In this document: piece after piece, positions 28,897 through 37,893 of the stretch
Layout: each line of letters starts with the position of its first letter
How positions within the stretch are numbered: the stretch's first letter is position 1
Origin: an uncultured Phycisphaerales bacterium
GTDB lineage: Bacteria; Planctomycetota; Phycisphaerae; Tepidisphaerales; Tepidisphaeraceae
Assembly (NCBI GenBank): GCA_963755915.1
Contig: CAVWLP010000002.1
Span: 4,864,001 to 4,928,000 of the forward strand
Direction: 5' to 3'
DNA: 64,000 nt
Program-made: the position numbers and the translations under genes
The notes under the pieces: model-generated
What the model saw: the letters and a program-made list of their open reading frames with translations, nothing else
What the model was told of the DNA's origin: nothing
The model's database searches: none

Positions 28897-29660
28897 ACCT
28901 GTGGCGCCGAGCGGTCTTCGGGGGTTTGCTGGGGTTCGTGGGAAATTTCATCAATGGCCTGATCGACCTCGCTGGCGTCGTAGACGCCCAGTTCTTCGAG
29001 GGCGAGGAGGGCGGCTTTCTGTTCGGCCATTTTCTTGTTGGGGCCCCAGGCACTGGGGAAGCGGCGGCCGTCGATGACGACGCAGACCTCGAAGCATTTG
29101 CTGTGGTCGGGACCTTTTTCGTCGAGCAATTCGTAGCCGGGCGTGGCGCTGAGGATTTTTTGGGAGTGCTGCTGCAAGACGGCTTTGAAGTTCTGCTGGT
29201 GGGTGTTGGAAGCGATGGAGTCGATCTTTCCGGTCATCGTGCGCAGGACGTATTGCTTGACGACGTCGAATCCTCCGTCGAGATAAATCGCGGCAACGAT
29301 GGATTCATAGACGGCTGCCGCCAGCGAGCTGGGCATTGCCTCGCGGCTGCTGATGCCCTTGCCGATGATCAGGAGGTCGATCAGTCCGGTTTCGTTTGAA
29401 ACTTCGGCACAGGTTCGCCGTGAAACGACGGCGGATTTGATTTTGGTCAGGTCGCCTTCGAGATATTCGGGGAAACGCTTGTAAAGTGCTTCACAAATGA
29501 TCAGGTCGAGAACGGCATCGCCCAGAAACTCCATGCGCTCATTGCTTTGCAATCGGCTGTCGGCAATCGAGGCGTGGGTGAGAGCTTCCTTAAGAAGGTT
29601 AGGATTGGTGAAGGTATACTGAATTATCTTCTCGGCGCGCTCGCGGGCTTCGGTATTCAC
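28893..29660 (-). CDS. rnc: Ribonuclease III
   Basis: ALTHAS, NERMEFLGDAVL and a dsRBD (GPDHSKCF, KKMAEQKAA). Confidence 0.96.
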   Translation of the reverse strand: MNTEARERAEKIIQYTFTNPNLLKEALTHASIADSRLQSNERMEFLGDAVLDLIICEALYKRFPEYLEGDLTKIKSAVVSRRTCAEVSNETGLIDLLIIGKGISSREAMPSSLAAAVYESIVAAIYLDGGFDVVKQYVLRTMTGKIDSIASNTHQQNFKAVLQQHSQKILSATPGYELLDEKGPDHSKCFEVCVVIDGRRFPSAWGPNKKMAEQKAALLALEELGVYDASEVDQAIDEISHEPQQTPEDRSAPQV

Positions 29661-29854
29661 GCAGATGGGGACGATAAGTCATGGACAGTCAGATTTCAAT
29701 CCCAAAGATGAACGCGCAGGCCTGAAAGACGTATGAAATGCTTAACTGGTTTTCGATTCGATACTTGGCTCGGGGGAAAGGGCGTTGGCTTGCGATGGGA
29801 GGGCTGGAAACCTACGATCTGAGGGTGCGGCAAGATGTAAAGATAGGCGCTAAT

Positions 29855-31747
29855 ATGGGCAAATTCGTGGCATTCGCATGGACGGCGCTGGCGGTGGTCC
29901 TCGTGGGATCGGCGGCGGCGCAGACGCAGCCGCAGTCGCTTTTCGACCCCTCCCGCGACTTGCGGATCGCGGAAATTCATCCGGGGATGAAGGGGTATGG
30001 ACTTTCGGTTTTCCGGGGGACCAAGATCGAGAAGTTTGATGTCGACGTGGTGGATGTGATCAAGGATTTCAATCCGAAGTACGATGCGATCCTGATCCGC
30101 TGCCCGCAGGATTTTTTGAAGAATACGGGGCCGATCGAGGGGATGAGCGGGTCGCCGATTTATCTTTTCGACGATTCGGGAAAACCGCGGCTGGCGGGGG
30201 CGTTTGCGTATGGATGGCCGTTTGCCAAGGACTGTTTGGCGGGGGTGCAGCCGATTGAATATATGCTGGAGTTGCCGACCAGCTTCAGCCCCAATGCGAT
30301 GCCCGCGAATCCACCGATGACGGTTGGGGCAAGCGGGCATTTGATCGCGCGGCGGTGGTCGCTGGGGCAGGTTCCGGTGCGGCCGTGGGGACATCCGCGA
30401 CGGGTTAGCGCGATGGCGGGTGGGTCGGATTCACCGATGCGGATGCGGGCTCTGGCAACGCCGCTCATGGTGGGCGGCGTGAATTCGCTGACGCTGGCGC
30501 GGATCTCACCGCTGTTTGAGGGGTCGGGATTGGTGCCGATGCAGGTGGGGAGTGGGACGGGGTCTTTGTCGGGGGATCAGGATCCGCCTCATTTGGAGCC
30601 GGGGTCGGTTTTGGCGGTTCCGCTTCTGACGGGGGATATGGAGCTTACCGCGGTGGGCACTTGCACGGAGATCGTGGGCGATCGCATTTTCGGGTTTGGA
30701 CATTCCTTCAACAACGAGGGGCCGATCGATCTTCCGATCGGGGCCGGGTCGATCGCCGCGGTGGTGGCGAACGTGGAGACGAGCTTCAAGCTGGGGTTCA
30801 TTTCGAAAACCAGCGGGGCGCTGTTTACGGATGAGACGGTGGGCGTGGCGGGACGGGTTGGATCGACGGCGCCGATGGCGCCGCTGCAATTCCGGATCGT
30901 TTACGATGATGGGTCGCTGGATGAGACGTATCACTTTTCCGCGGCGCTGCATCCGAAGCTGACGCCGCTGATCGCGGCGACGGCAGTGCAGATGGTGCTG
31001 AGCGGGGAGAAGAATCTGCCGGAATATCACACGGTGGATTATGACATGAGCGCGGAGTTTGCCGACGGGCACAAGATCCGGGTGAACAATTGCAGCGTGA
31101 ATGGGGACGGGAGCGAAATAGTGGCCGACCTGGCGCTGCCGCTGATTGCCGCGGCGGACAATCCGTTCGCGTATGTGCCGATCACGCAACTGACGGGTAC
31201 GTTTCACGTGAGCGGGGACGCGCGGGCGGCGGATATTCTTTCGGTAACGATTCCCCGCACGAAGTATGAACCTGGGGAGACGATCAAGGGTTTCGTTTCG
31301 TATCTGCCGTTCCACGCGGATGAGGCCAATTTGCCAATCACGTTCGAGCTTCCGCACGATCTGGTAGATGGGCAATACCAACTTGTCGTGTCAGACTGGA
31401 CGCGATACCTGGACGACGAGCGGACGGCCAATCCATACAAATTCAACGCGGAGAACGTGGGGGAGATGTTTTCGGTGATCCGCGACGTGGAAGAGATCCG
31501 GCACGATGCGATCTTCATCCGGCTGGTTCGCCAGGCGGACGGTGTTGCCGTGGGGCATACGGAACTTCGGCGTTTGCCGCCCAGTCAGCGGGAGGTGCTG
31601 CTGGATTCGGGGCGGAGCGACATCACGCCGCTGATTGATTCGACGGTAAAGATCGTGCCGACCGGGCTGGTAATGAACGGGTCGGCGGAGTTCACGATAA
31701 CCATCGAGCGCAAAGGGAAAGTGGAAACCCCCACGTCGGCAAAATGA
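29855..31747 (+). CDS. Secreted SpoIVB-like serine peptidase (S55) domain protein
   Basis: Signal peptide from MGKFVAF. Motifs PGMKGYGLSVF.G, GMSGSP, TAVGTCT and GFGHSF. Confidence 0.85.
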   Translation: MGKFVAFAWTALAVVLVGSAAAQTQPQSLFDPSRDLRIAEIHPGMKGYGLSVFRGTKIEKFDVDVVDVIKDFNPKYDAILIRCPQDFLKNTGPIEGMSGSPIYLFDDSGKPRLAGAFAYGWPFAKDCLAGVQPIEYMLELPTSFSPNAMPANPPMTVGASGHLIARRWSLGQVPVRPWGHPRRVSAMAGGSDSPMRMRALATPLMVGGVNSLTLARISPLFEGSGLVPMQVGSGTGSLSGDQDPPHLEPGSVLAVPLLTGDMELTAVGTCTEIVGDRIFGFGHSFNNEGPIDLPIGAGSIAAVVANVETSFKLGFISKTSGALFTDETVGVAGRVGSTAPMAPLQFRIVYDDGSLDETYHFSAALHPKLTPLIAATAVQMVLSGEKNLPEYHTVDYDMSAEFADGHKIRVNNCSVNGDGSEIVADLALPLIAAADNPFAYVPITQLTGTFHVSGDARAADILSVTIPRTKYEPGETIKGFVSYLPFHADEANLPITFELPHDLVDGQYQLVVSDWTRYLDDERTANPYKFNAENVGEMFSVIRDVEEIRHDAIFIRLVRQADGVAVGHTELRRLPPSQREVLLDSGRSDITPLIDSTVKIVPTGLVMNGSAEFTITIERKGKVETPTSAK

Positions 31748-34317
31748 ATAAACACTGGGTGGAACAGCAAATGAAGATGATTTCACGTACAGGCCTCTCG
31801 GTATTGCTGGCCGCGCTATTTCTAGTTGCGCCGTCGGTTCGCGCGGTGACAACGTCGCACTGGTCGCAGGATAATCAGACGGATTTCAAAGCGGGGACAT
31901 CGCACGACGTGGTGGTCACCAACCAGGGGGAAGTGAAGCTTTCCCGGGCCGTGAAAGTAATCAAGGAGCAGGACGCGAACATTACCTCTGTCAATGCGCT
32001 GGTTGAGGCGCCGGATGGGACGATCTACGCGGGCACCGGGCCGCGGGCGATGCTGCTGGCGGTGAAGGATGACAAGGTCAGCACCGTGGCAACGCTGGAC
32101 AATGCGGTAAATATTCTGTCGCTGATGGTGGATTCGAACGGCGCGATCCTGCTGGGGACGGGCGGTGAAAAAGGGCGAGTGCTGCGGATTGACAAGCCGG
32201 GCGATAAGCCGGTTGAGATCTTCGCGGAAGACAACGTGCAATATATCTGGGCGCTGCGTCAGACGGTCGACGGCAATATTTATGCGGCGACCGGTCCGAA
32301 CGGGCAGGTGTTTGAGATTAAGCCGGACGGCTCGCACAAGGAGCTTTACAAGAGCTCTGAAGACAACATCACCAGCATGATAAGCGATGGGAAAGACGTT
32401 CTGTATCTGGGGACGGATCCGGATGGGCTGGTGATCCGGCTGAACCGCAAGACCAAAGAAGCGTTCATCATGTACAACGCCAGCGAGGCGGAGATCACGG
32501 CGCTGGCGCTGGATTCATCGGGAAATTTGTATGCCGCGACGGGGGAAGAGACGGACCATCAGACGGCGGAGACACCGCCGGCGGACGAGAAGACGGCGGG
32601 TAAGCCGGAGGATTCGGGGGCGTCATCGACGCCGATCCCTCCGGGTCCGACGCCCAATCCGCCGCAGCCGGCGCCGGTTCCGAATCCGAATCCGGGGCAG
32701 CCTGCCCCGCTGCCGAAGGGGCAATCGATGGCGGTTCCAGCGGCAAGCTTGCCGAAGATGATGGACGTGATCGCCCGGGCCGGGAATGACGATCCGGGCG
32801 GGGGTGGGGGTGATGATCCGGGGGGCGGAGGGGGCGGTGATGATCCAGGGGGCGGCGGTGGCGGAAATTCGCCAGCCCAACCACCCGGGCCCGGACAGAA
32901 CCCGGCGGCCCCGCAGCCCGCGCAGACGCGACAGGTGGCCAATCAAAATCAGCCGCAGAATCAGCAGGAACAGCAGTCTTCCGGGCCCGAAGGCAACGCG
33001 ATCTATAAGATCGATGCCGAGGGGTTCGTCACGGAAATCTTCCGTGAAGACGTGGTGATTTACTCGATGATTCTGCAGAACAACGTTCTGCTGGTGGGGA
33101 CCGGCGACGATGGGAATATCTACCAGGTCAATCCCACCGCCGAGGAGACCGCGGTTCTGGCCAAGGTGGATGCGAAGCAGGTGATGTGCCTTTTGCCGGC
33201 GAAGGATGGCAGGATTTTTATGGGGCTGGCGAACACCGGAGGAATTGCGGCGATGACCGGTGGGTATGCCCCGGCGGGAACTTATCTGAGCCCCGTGCTC
33301 GATGCGACTCAGGTGAGCCGATTCGGTAAGATGCAGCTTCATGGCGAATTGCCGGACGGCGCGCGGTTGCAGGTGGCGACGCGGAGCGGAAATGTGAAGG
33401 ATGCGGATTCGCCGGGGTGGTCGGATTGGTCGCCGGATGTCGATGCGGCGGAATTTCTGCCGGTCGCGTCGCCATCGGCGCGGTTTCTGCAATATCGATT
33501 GACGTTCAGCACGACGGATCCATCGCGGTCGGCGGTGGTCGATCGGGTGGATGTGGCGTATCAGATTCCGAACATGGCGCCGGTGGTGAAGTCGATCCGG
33601 ATTGGTGGAATAGATGCCTCGCAGGAAAACAGCCAGAATGCACCGGCCGCGGGAGACAACTCGCAGGCTGACAACAGCCAGCCGGATACCTCCGCCAGCA
33701 ATTCCGCGGGCGGCGGGCACCCGGACACGGGCAAGCCGAGCGGCGGGACGGGGGCGCAGACCATTACCTGGGATGCGTCTGATCCCAACGGGGATTCTCT
33801 GGTGTACACGCTCTATTTCCGGCGCGGGCCGCATGCCCCCTGGATTTTGCTGAAGGACCGGCTCACGCAACTCACTTACGAATGGGACACGCGCACCGTC
33901 GCCGACGGCGAATACCAGGTGAAGGTGGTGGCTTCGGATGCGCTGGCCAATGCTCCGGGCGAAGGAAAGACGACGAGCCGAGTCAGTGATCCGTTTGTGG
34001 TCGATAATACGCCTCCGACGATCGCCGACGTGGACTGGAAGGTCGCGGGAGGGGCAGCGACGATTTCGCTGCGGGTCGAGGACCAGATCAGTACGATCGC
34101 TTCGGTGGAATATGCCCTGGATTCCAACGATGAATGGCAGACGGTTTTGCCAGTGAGCGGGATCTTCGACAGCCTGGATGAGCAGGTGAAATTTTCGGTG
34201 ACGGGCTTGACGGCGGGCGAGCATCAGGTGACGATCCGCGCGACGAACACGCGTGGCACCCAGGCGCTGCATACGATCGTGATCAAAGTGGAGTCGGCGA
34301 CGGCGGGAACGCAATAG
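31744..34317 (+). CDS. Secreted beta-propeller + FN3/Ig-like protein with a central low-complexity insert
   Basis: Repeats DGTIYAGTG, GAILLGTG, GNIYAATG, LYLGTD and GNLYAATG; RFLQYR; WDASDPNGD; DGEYQVKV; VDNTPP. It overlaps the upstream stop (ATGA). Confidence 0.82.
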   Translation: MNKHWVEQQMKMISRTGLSVLLAALFLVAPSVRAVTTSHWSQDNQTDFKAGTSHDVVVTNQGEVKLSRAVKVIKEQDANITSVNALVEAPDGTIYAGTGPRAMLLAVKDDKVSTVATLDNAVNILSLMVDSNGAILLGTGGEKGRVLRIDKPGDKPVEIFAEDNVQYIWALRQTVDGNIYAATGPNGQVFEIKPDGSHKELYKSSEDNITSMISDGKDVLYLGTDPDGLVIRLNRKTKEAFIMYNASEAEITALALDSSGNLYAATGEETDHQTAETPPADEKTAGKPEDSGASSTPIPPGPTPNPPQPAPVPNPNPGQPAPLPKGQSMAVPAASLPKMMDVIARAGNDDPGGGGGDDPGGGGGGDDPGGGGGGNSPAQPPGPGQNPAAPQPAQTRQVANQNQPQNQQEQQSSGPEGNAIYKIDAEGFVTEIFREDVVIYSMILQNNVLLVGTGDDGNIYQVNPTAEETAVLAKVDAKQVMCLLPAKDGRIFMGLANTGGIAAMTGGYAPAGTYLSPVLDATQVSRFGKMQLHGELPDGARLQVATRSGNVKDADSPGWSDWSPDVDAAEFLPVASPSARFLQYRLTFSTTDPSRSAVVDRVDVAYQIPNMAPVVKSIRIGGIDASQENSQNAPAAGDNSQADNSQPDTSASNSAGGGHPDTGKPSGGTGAQTITWDASDPNGDSLVYTLYFRRGPHAPWILLKDRLTQLTYEWDTRTVADGEYQVKVVASDALANAPGEGKTTSRVSDPFVVDNTPPTIADVDWKVAGGAATISLRVEDQISTIASVEYALDSNDEWQTVLPVSGIFDSLDEQVKFSVTGLTAGEHQVTIRATNTRGTQALHTIVIKVESATAGTQ

Positions 34318-34347
34318 CCCTTTTTAAGACTTAGGAACAAACCAGCC

Positions 34348-34482
34348 ATGCACTATCCGCACAAGACCAGCAACATCAAGCGGGCCCGCAACATCGGATT
34401 CCGGGCGAGGATGAAGACGAAAAAGGGGCGGCAGATGATCAACCGCAAGCGCCGGGCGGGCCGGCGGGTACAAGTCGTCTAA
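34348..34482 (+). CDS. rpmH: 50S ribosomal protein L34 (not in the ORF track)
   Basis: Manual translation MHYPHKTSNIKRARNIGFRARMKTKKGRQMINRKRRAGRRVQVV* matches the GFRARM.T..GR signature, with an AGGA upstream. Confidence 0.92.
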   Translation: MHYPHKTSNIKRARNIGFRARMKTKKGRQMINRKRRAGRRVQVV

Positions 34483-34570
34483 GCGGTTCGATTGATTTGG
34501 ACGCCATTTTTGCTTTCGCAAACCGGGCGGGTTATCCTGTTTTCAGTACTTACTGAAACTGGAGGAACCT

Positions 34571-35170
34571 GTGACCACGGCCCTCGAACCTCCCCAAAAA
34601 GACTCTTCCCGCCAATCCCTCTCTCCGGAAGCTCAGCGGCAGCTCCAGGCGGCGCAGGATCTGTTCATCCGCCGCTGGGGGGAAATGGGGGCGACCTGGG
34701 GTATCAACCGGACGATGGCGGAAATCCACGCCCTGCTCTACGTCGTGGGCGATCCACTGTGCACGGACGACGTGATGGAGCGGCTGAACATCAGCCGGGG
34801 GAACGCCAGCATGTCGCTGCGGTCGCTGTGCGACTGGGGGATCGTCCGCCGGCTGCACAAGCGCGGGCACCGGCGGGAATATTTTGAGAGCCTGTCGGAT
34901 GTGTGGGATCTGTTCAGCCTGATCGCGGCCGAAAGAAAACGCCGGGAGATGGACCCGGTTCTGGAGACGATCAGGCAGTGCCGGAACATGCTTGATGAGC
35001 AGTCGCTGGGGAAAAGCGCAGCGCGGTGCGAGGCGGTTCAACTGACCCGGCAGCGGCTGGCGGGGATGGAAGAGTTTATGGAAGTGACCAACAAGGTGTT
35101 TCAGCAGTTTGTGGGAAACGCGCGGGCGGGGTTGAACCGGGTGGTGAGGGTTTTGTTGAAGGCGTTTTAA
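34571..35170 (+). CDS. GbsR/MarR-family transcriptional regulator
   Basis: FIRRWGEMGATWGINRTMAEIHALLY and LNISRGNASMSLRSL.DWG, with a GGAGG Shine-Dalgarno. Confidence 0.9.
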   Translation: MTTALEPPQKDSSRQSLSPEAQRQLQAAQDLFIRRWGEMGATWGINRTMAEIHALLYVVGDPLCTDDVMERLNISRGNASMSLRSLCDWGIVRRLHKRGHRREYFESLSDVWDLFSLIAAERKRREMDPVLETIRQCRNMLDEQSLGKSAARCEAVQLTRQRLAGMEEFMEVTNKVFQQFVGNARAGLNRVVRVLLKAF

Positions 35171-35199
35171 AAGCGCTCCCCTGCGGGTCGCGGCTAAAC
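35171..35199. repeat. REP-like short repeat, family B, copy 2
   Basis: aagcgctcccctgcgggtcgcggctaaac, between convergent genes. Confidence 0.8.
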
Positions 35200-35209
35200 G
35201 CGGAGATTG

Positions 35210-36764
35210 TCACCTCGCATATTCCACCGAGCGCACCTCGCGGATGAGCGTTACCTTGATCTCGCCGGGATAATTCAGCTCGTGCTCGATCTTCTTGGCG
35301 ATGTCGCGGGCGATTTTGGCGCTGATGCGGTCGTCGACCAGCTTGGCGTCGACGATCACGCGAACCTCGCGGCCGGCCTGGATGGCGTAGGCCTGGCGTA
35401 CGCCTTCGAAAGTCATGGCCAGGTCTTCCAGCTCCTGGAGGCGCTTGACGTAGCGCTCGAGGCTTTCGCGGCGGGCGCCGGGGCGGCTGGCGCTGATGGC
35501 GTCGGCGGCCATGATGATCGGCGGTGTAGGGCGTGGTCGGCGGGAACGTCGCCGTGATGGGCTTCGGCGGCGTTGAGAACCGCCTCGGGCTCGTCGAATC
35601 GGCGTAGAAATTCCTTGCCTAGCTGGGGGTGGCCGCCTTCCTGCTCGTGGTCCATGGCTTTGCCGATGTCGTGGAGCAGGCCGGCGCGGCGGGCGAGGTT
35701 GCCGTCGAGGCCGAGCTCGTCGGCGATCACCTGGGAAAGATAGGCGACTTCCAGCGAATGCTTCAGCACGTTCTGGCCGTAGCTGGTGCGGAAGGCCAGG
35801 CGTCCGAGCATGGGGATGATCGGGCTTGGCGACCTGGAGGTTGGCCTCCTGGGCGGCTTCTTTGCCCGAGGCGGATCAGCTCTTCGTCCATCTCCTTGCT
35901 GGTCGCGGTGACGACCTCTTCGATGCGTGCGGGATGGATTCGGCCGTCCTGAACGAGGCGGTCGAGGGAAATGCGGGCGATTTCGCGGCGAACGGGGTCG
36001 AAGCAGCTGACGACGACGACGCCGGGCGTGTCGTCGATGATGACATCCACGCCGGTCGCTTTCTCGAAGCTGCGGATGTTGCGGCCCTCGCGGCCGATGA
36101 CGCGGCCTTTCATGTCGTCGGTGGGGATGGTCACCGTGCTGACGGTGTGATCGGCCGTCTGTTCGGCGGCGTAGCGCTGGATGGCCTGAAGGATGATCTG
36201 CCGGCTCTTTTCCTTGGCTTCGTCCTGGGTCTGCTCGGTAATTCGCTGGATGATGGCGCCTGCTTCGAGCTTGCAATCGTCCTCGATGCGCTTGAGGAGC
36301 ATTTCCTTGGCCTGCTCGGGAGACATGCTGGTGAGCTGCAGTAGCCGGTCGCGCTGCTCGCGCAGAATTCTGGCAAGCTCTTCTTCCTTGCCGGCCAGGG
36401 ATTTTTCGCGCTGGGCAATGCTTCGCGTCCTGATCGTCGAGGTGTTTTTCCTTGACGGAAAGCGTGTCGAGCTTGCGATCGAGGGTGTCTTCGCGCTTGG
36501 CGAGGCGGGCTTCGAGCGACTTGAGCTCGTTGCGGTCTTTTTCGGTTTCCCGCTCGAATTGCTCTTTGCGCTTGAGTTGTTCCTGCGCGCGGCCAGTTCG
36601 ATTTCCTTGGCCTTGTTCTGGGCCTCGGATTGGGCGTTGTTGCGAAGCTGTTCGGCTTCGAACTTGCTGCGGTTGATGGCGCTATTGGCCATCATTTTCA
36701 TCGCGACGGCGGTACAGGCCACGCCGACGACCAGGCCGATCAGGAGATACAAAATGATTTCCAT
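35210..36764 (-). CDS. rny: Ribonuclease Y, several frameshifts
   Basis: N-terminal membrane anchor, coiled coil, KH domain ([14 protein letters not shown]), [15 protein letters not shown] motif (LLHDIGKA), [14 protein letters not shown] and [12 protein letters not shown]. Confidence 0.95.
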
Positions 36765-36848
36765 GAATCCCACCCGAGTTGGTTAACTCGCAATGCGGAT
36801 ATAAACGAAATACCCCTGATTAGACGGGTGGGTGTTGAGCAGCGCGTT

Positions 36849-37106
36849 TCAACAGCAGTCTGAAGCGCGTGCCTGGCATTGCCCAATGAAAGTCACTGTG
36901 GGAGGTGCTCGCGAAGGGAGGATGATCCACCGGCGGGTATTGGACCGGACGGGGGAGTTTAGATCGAGCCGCACTGCAAGCTGGGCCGGCAAAAGTTGCC
37001 GGCGCCAGAGCTCCGCCAGGCGATGGGAGAGCGCGAGCAGCAGCCCGAGCAGGCCCAAAGCCATGAGAACTGTCTTCGTGAGTATTCCCAAAATGAGGAC
37101 GTTCAT
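36849..37106 (-). CDS. Putative 85-aa leader/arrest peptide (transmembrane segment + RAPP) upstream of rny
   Basis: MNVLILGILTKTVLMALGLLGLLLALSHR...RRWIILPSRAPPTVTF..., with RAPP codons at 36911-36900, on the same strand as rny. Confidence 0.6.
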   Translation of the reverse strand: MNVLILGILTKTVLMALGLLGLLLALSHRLAELWRRQLLPAQLAVRLDLNSPVRSNTRRWIILPSRAPPTVTFIGQCQARASDCC

Positions 37107-37223
37107 TTCGAACCGTCGAATCAAGGAACTGTGGGGCGAGGGTCTATCCGCTCCTGACCACCGCCCTTTCGGATGCACACCGGAATCAAAAAAGACCGAA
37201 TGCGATCCAAATCTACTGCTCAT

Positions 37224-37251
37224 ATTTTACGCACATGGCGTTAAGTTTCAA
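37224..37251 (-). promoter_or_regulatory. Putative sigma70 promoter for the uORF-rny transcript
   Basis: Minus strand TTGAAA, 16-bp spacer, TAAAAT. Confidence 0.5.
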
Positions 37252-37265
37252 GATGGATAAATGGG

Positions 37266-37877
37266 CTAGGAATGGTGGGAATGTGGACGACCGGGCACAA
37301 CGGGAGGGGGTAGAGAGGCGGCGGCAAGACGATCCAGGCCGGAAATTACCTCTGGGTTGCGGGTTGTCCACCAGAGCTGATGGTGGTGGTGGATTGTGCA
37401 AACGGTTTTTTGTGCGGGGAATGCGAGGGAGAAGTCGCTGGCGGTGAGGTTTTGCAATAGGCTGCGGAGGGTGATTTCGAAGGTGGGCTGCTCCGATGGG
37501 GTGAATTCGACGGCGGCGGCGCTGGTTAAACCAATCAGGGACTGCGGATCAATGCTGATCTCGTGCAGGAGTTGCGGCATCCAGGTTCGGCTTCCGTAGT
37601 TCAATTCGAAGGACCAGTGACTGCCGGGCATTATCCAGGCGATGCCGGGCAAGAGCTGAAGCCATGCCTGGGTCGCGAATTTGGATTGGTCGGCGGAAGT
37701 AACGATCCGGAGATTGTCGCGCATCTGGGGCTTGATTGTGGGATCGTCAGATTCAGTCCATCCTCTAATGATCCCTCCGGACGGGAAGCCGAACGCCCCG
37801 CCGTTAAAGTAGTGGCATTCGAGTCCGTCGGCGGTTAATTGGGCCAGGACCTGGGAATAGTCGATCACCCGGGGCAT
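37266..37877 (-). CDS. Hypothetical protein
   Basis: Likely start MPRVIDYSQV at 37877. Protein-like composition (HWSFEL, CTIHHHHQLWW). Confidence 0.7.
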   Translation of the reverse strand: MPRVIDYSQVLAQLTADGLECHYFNGGAFGFPSGGIIRGWTESDDPTIKPQMRDNLRIVTSADQSKFATQAWLQLLPGIAWIMPGSHWSFELNYGSRTWMPQLLHEISIDPQSLIGLTSAAAVEFTPSEQPTFEITLRSLLQNLTASDFSLAFPAQKTVCTIHHHHQLWWTTRNPEVISGLDRLAAASLPPPVVPGRPHSHHS

Positions 37878-37893
37878 GAATTGCCTTTTTTCG

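Noticed and set aside
37100-37230. 6S RNA upstream of rny, a common synteny
   Set aside because: Only ~110 nt lie between the predicted promoter and the uORF, and no long closing stem or central bubble was found. Not formally excluded without Infernal.
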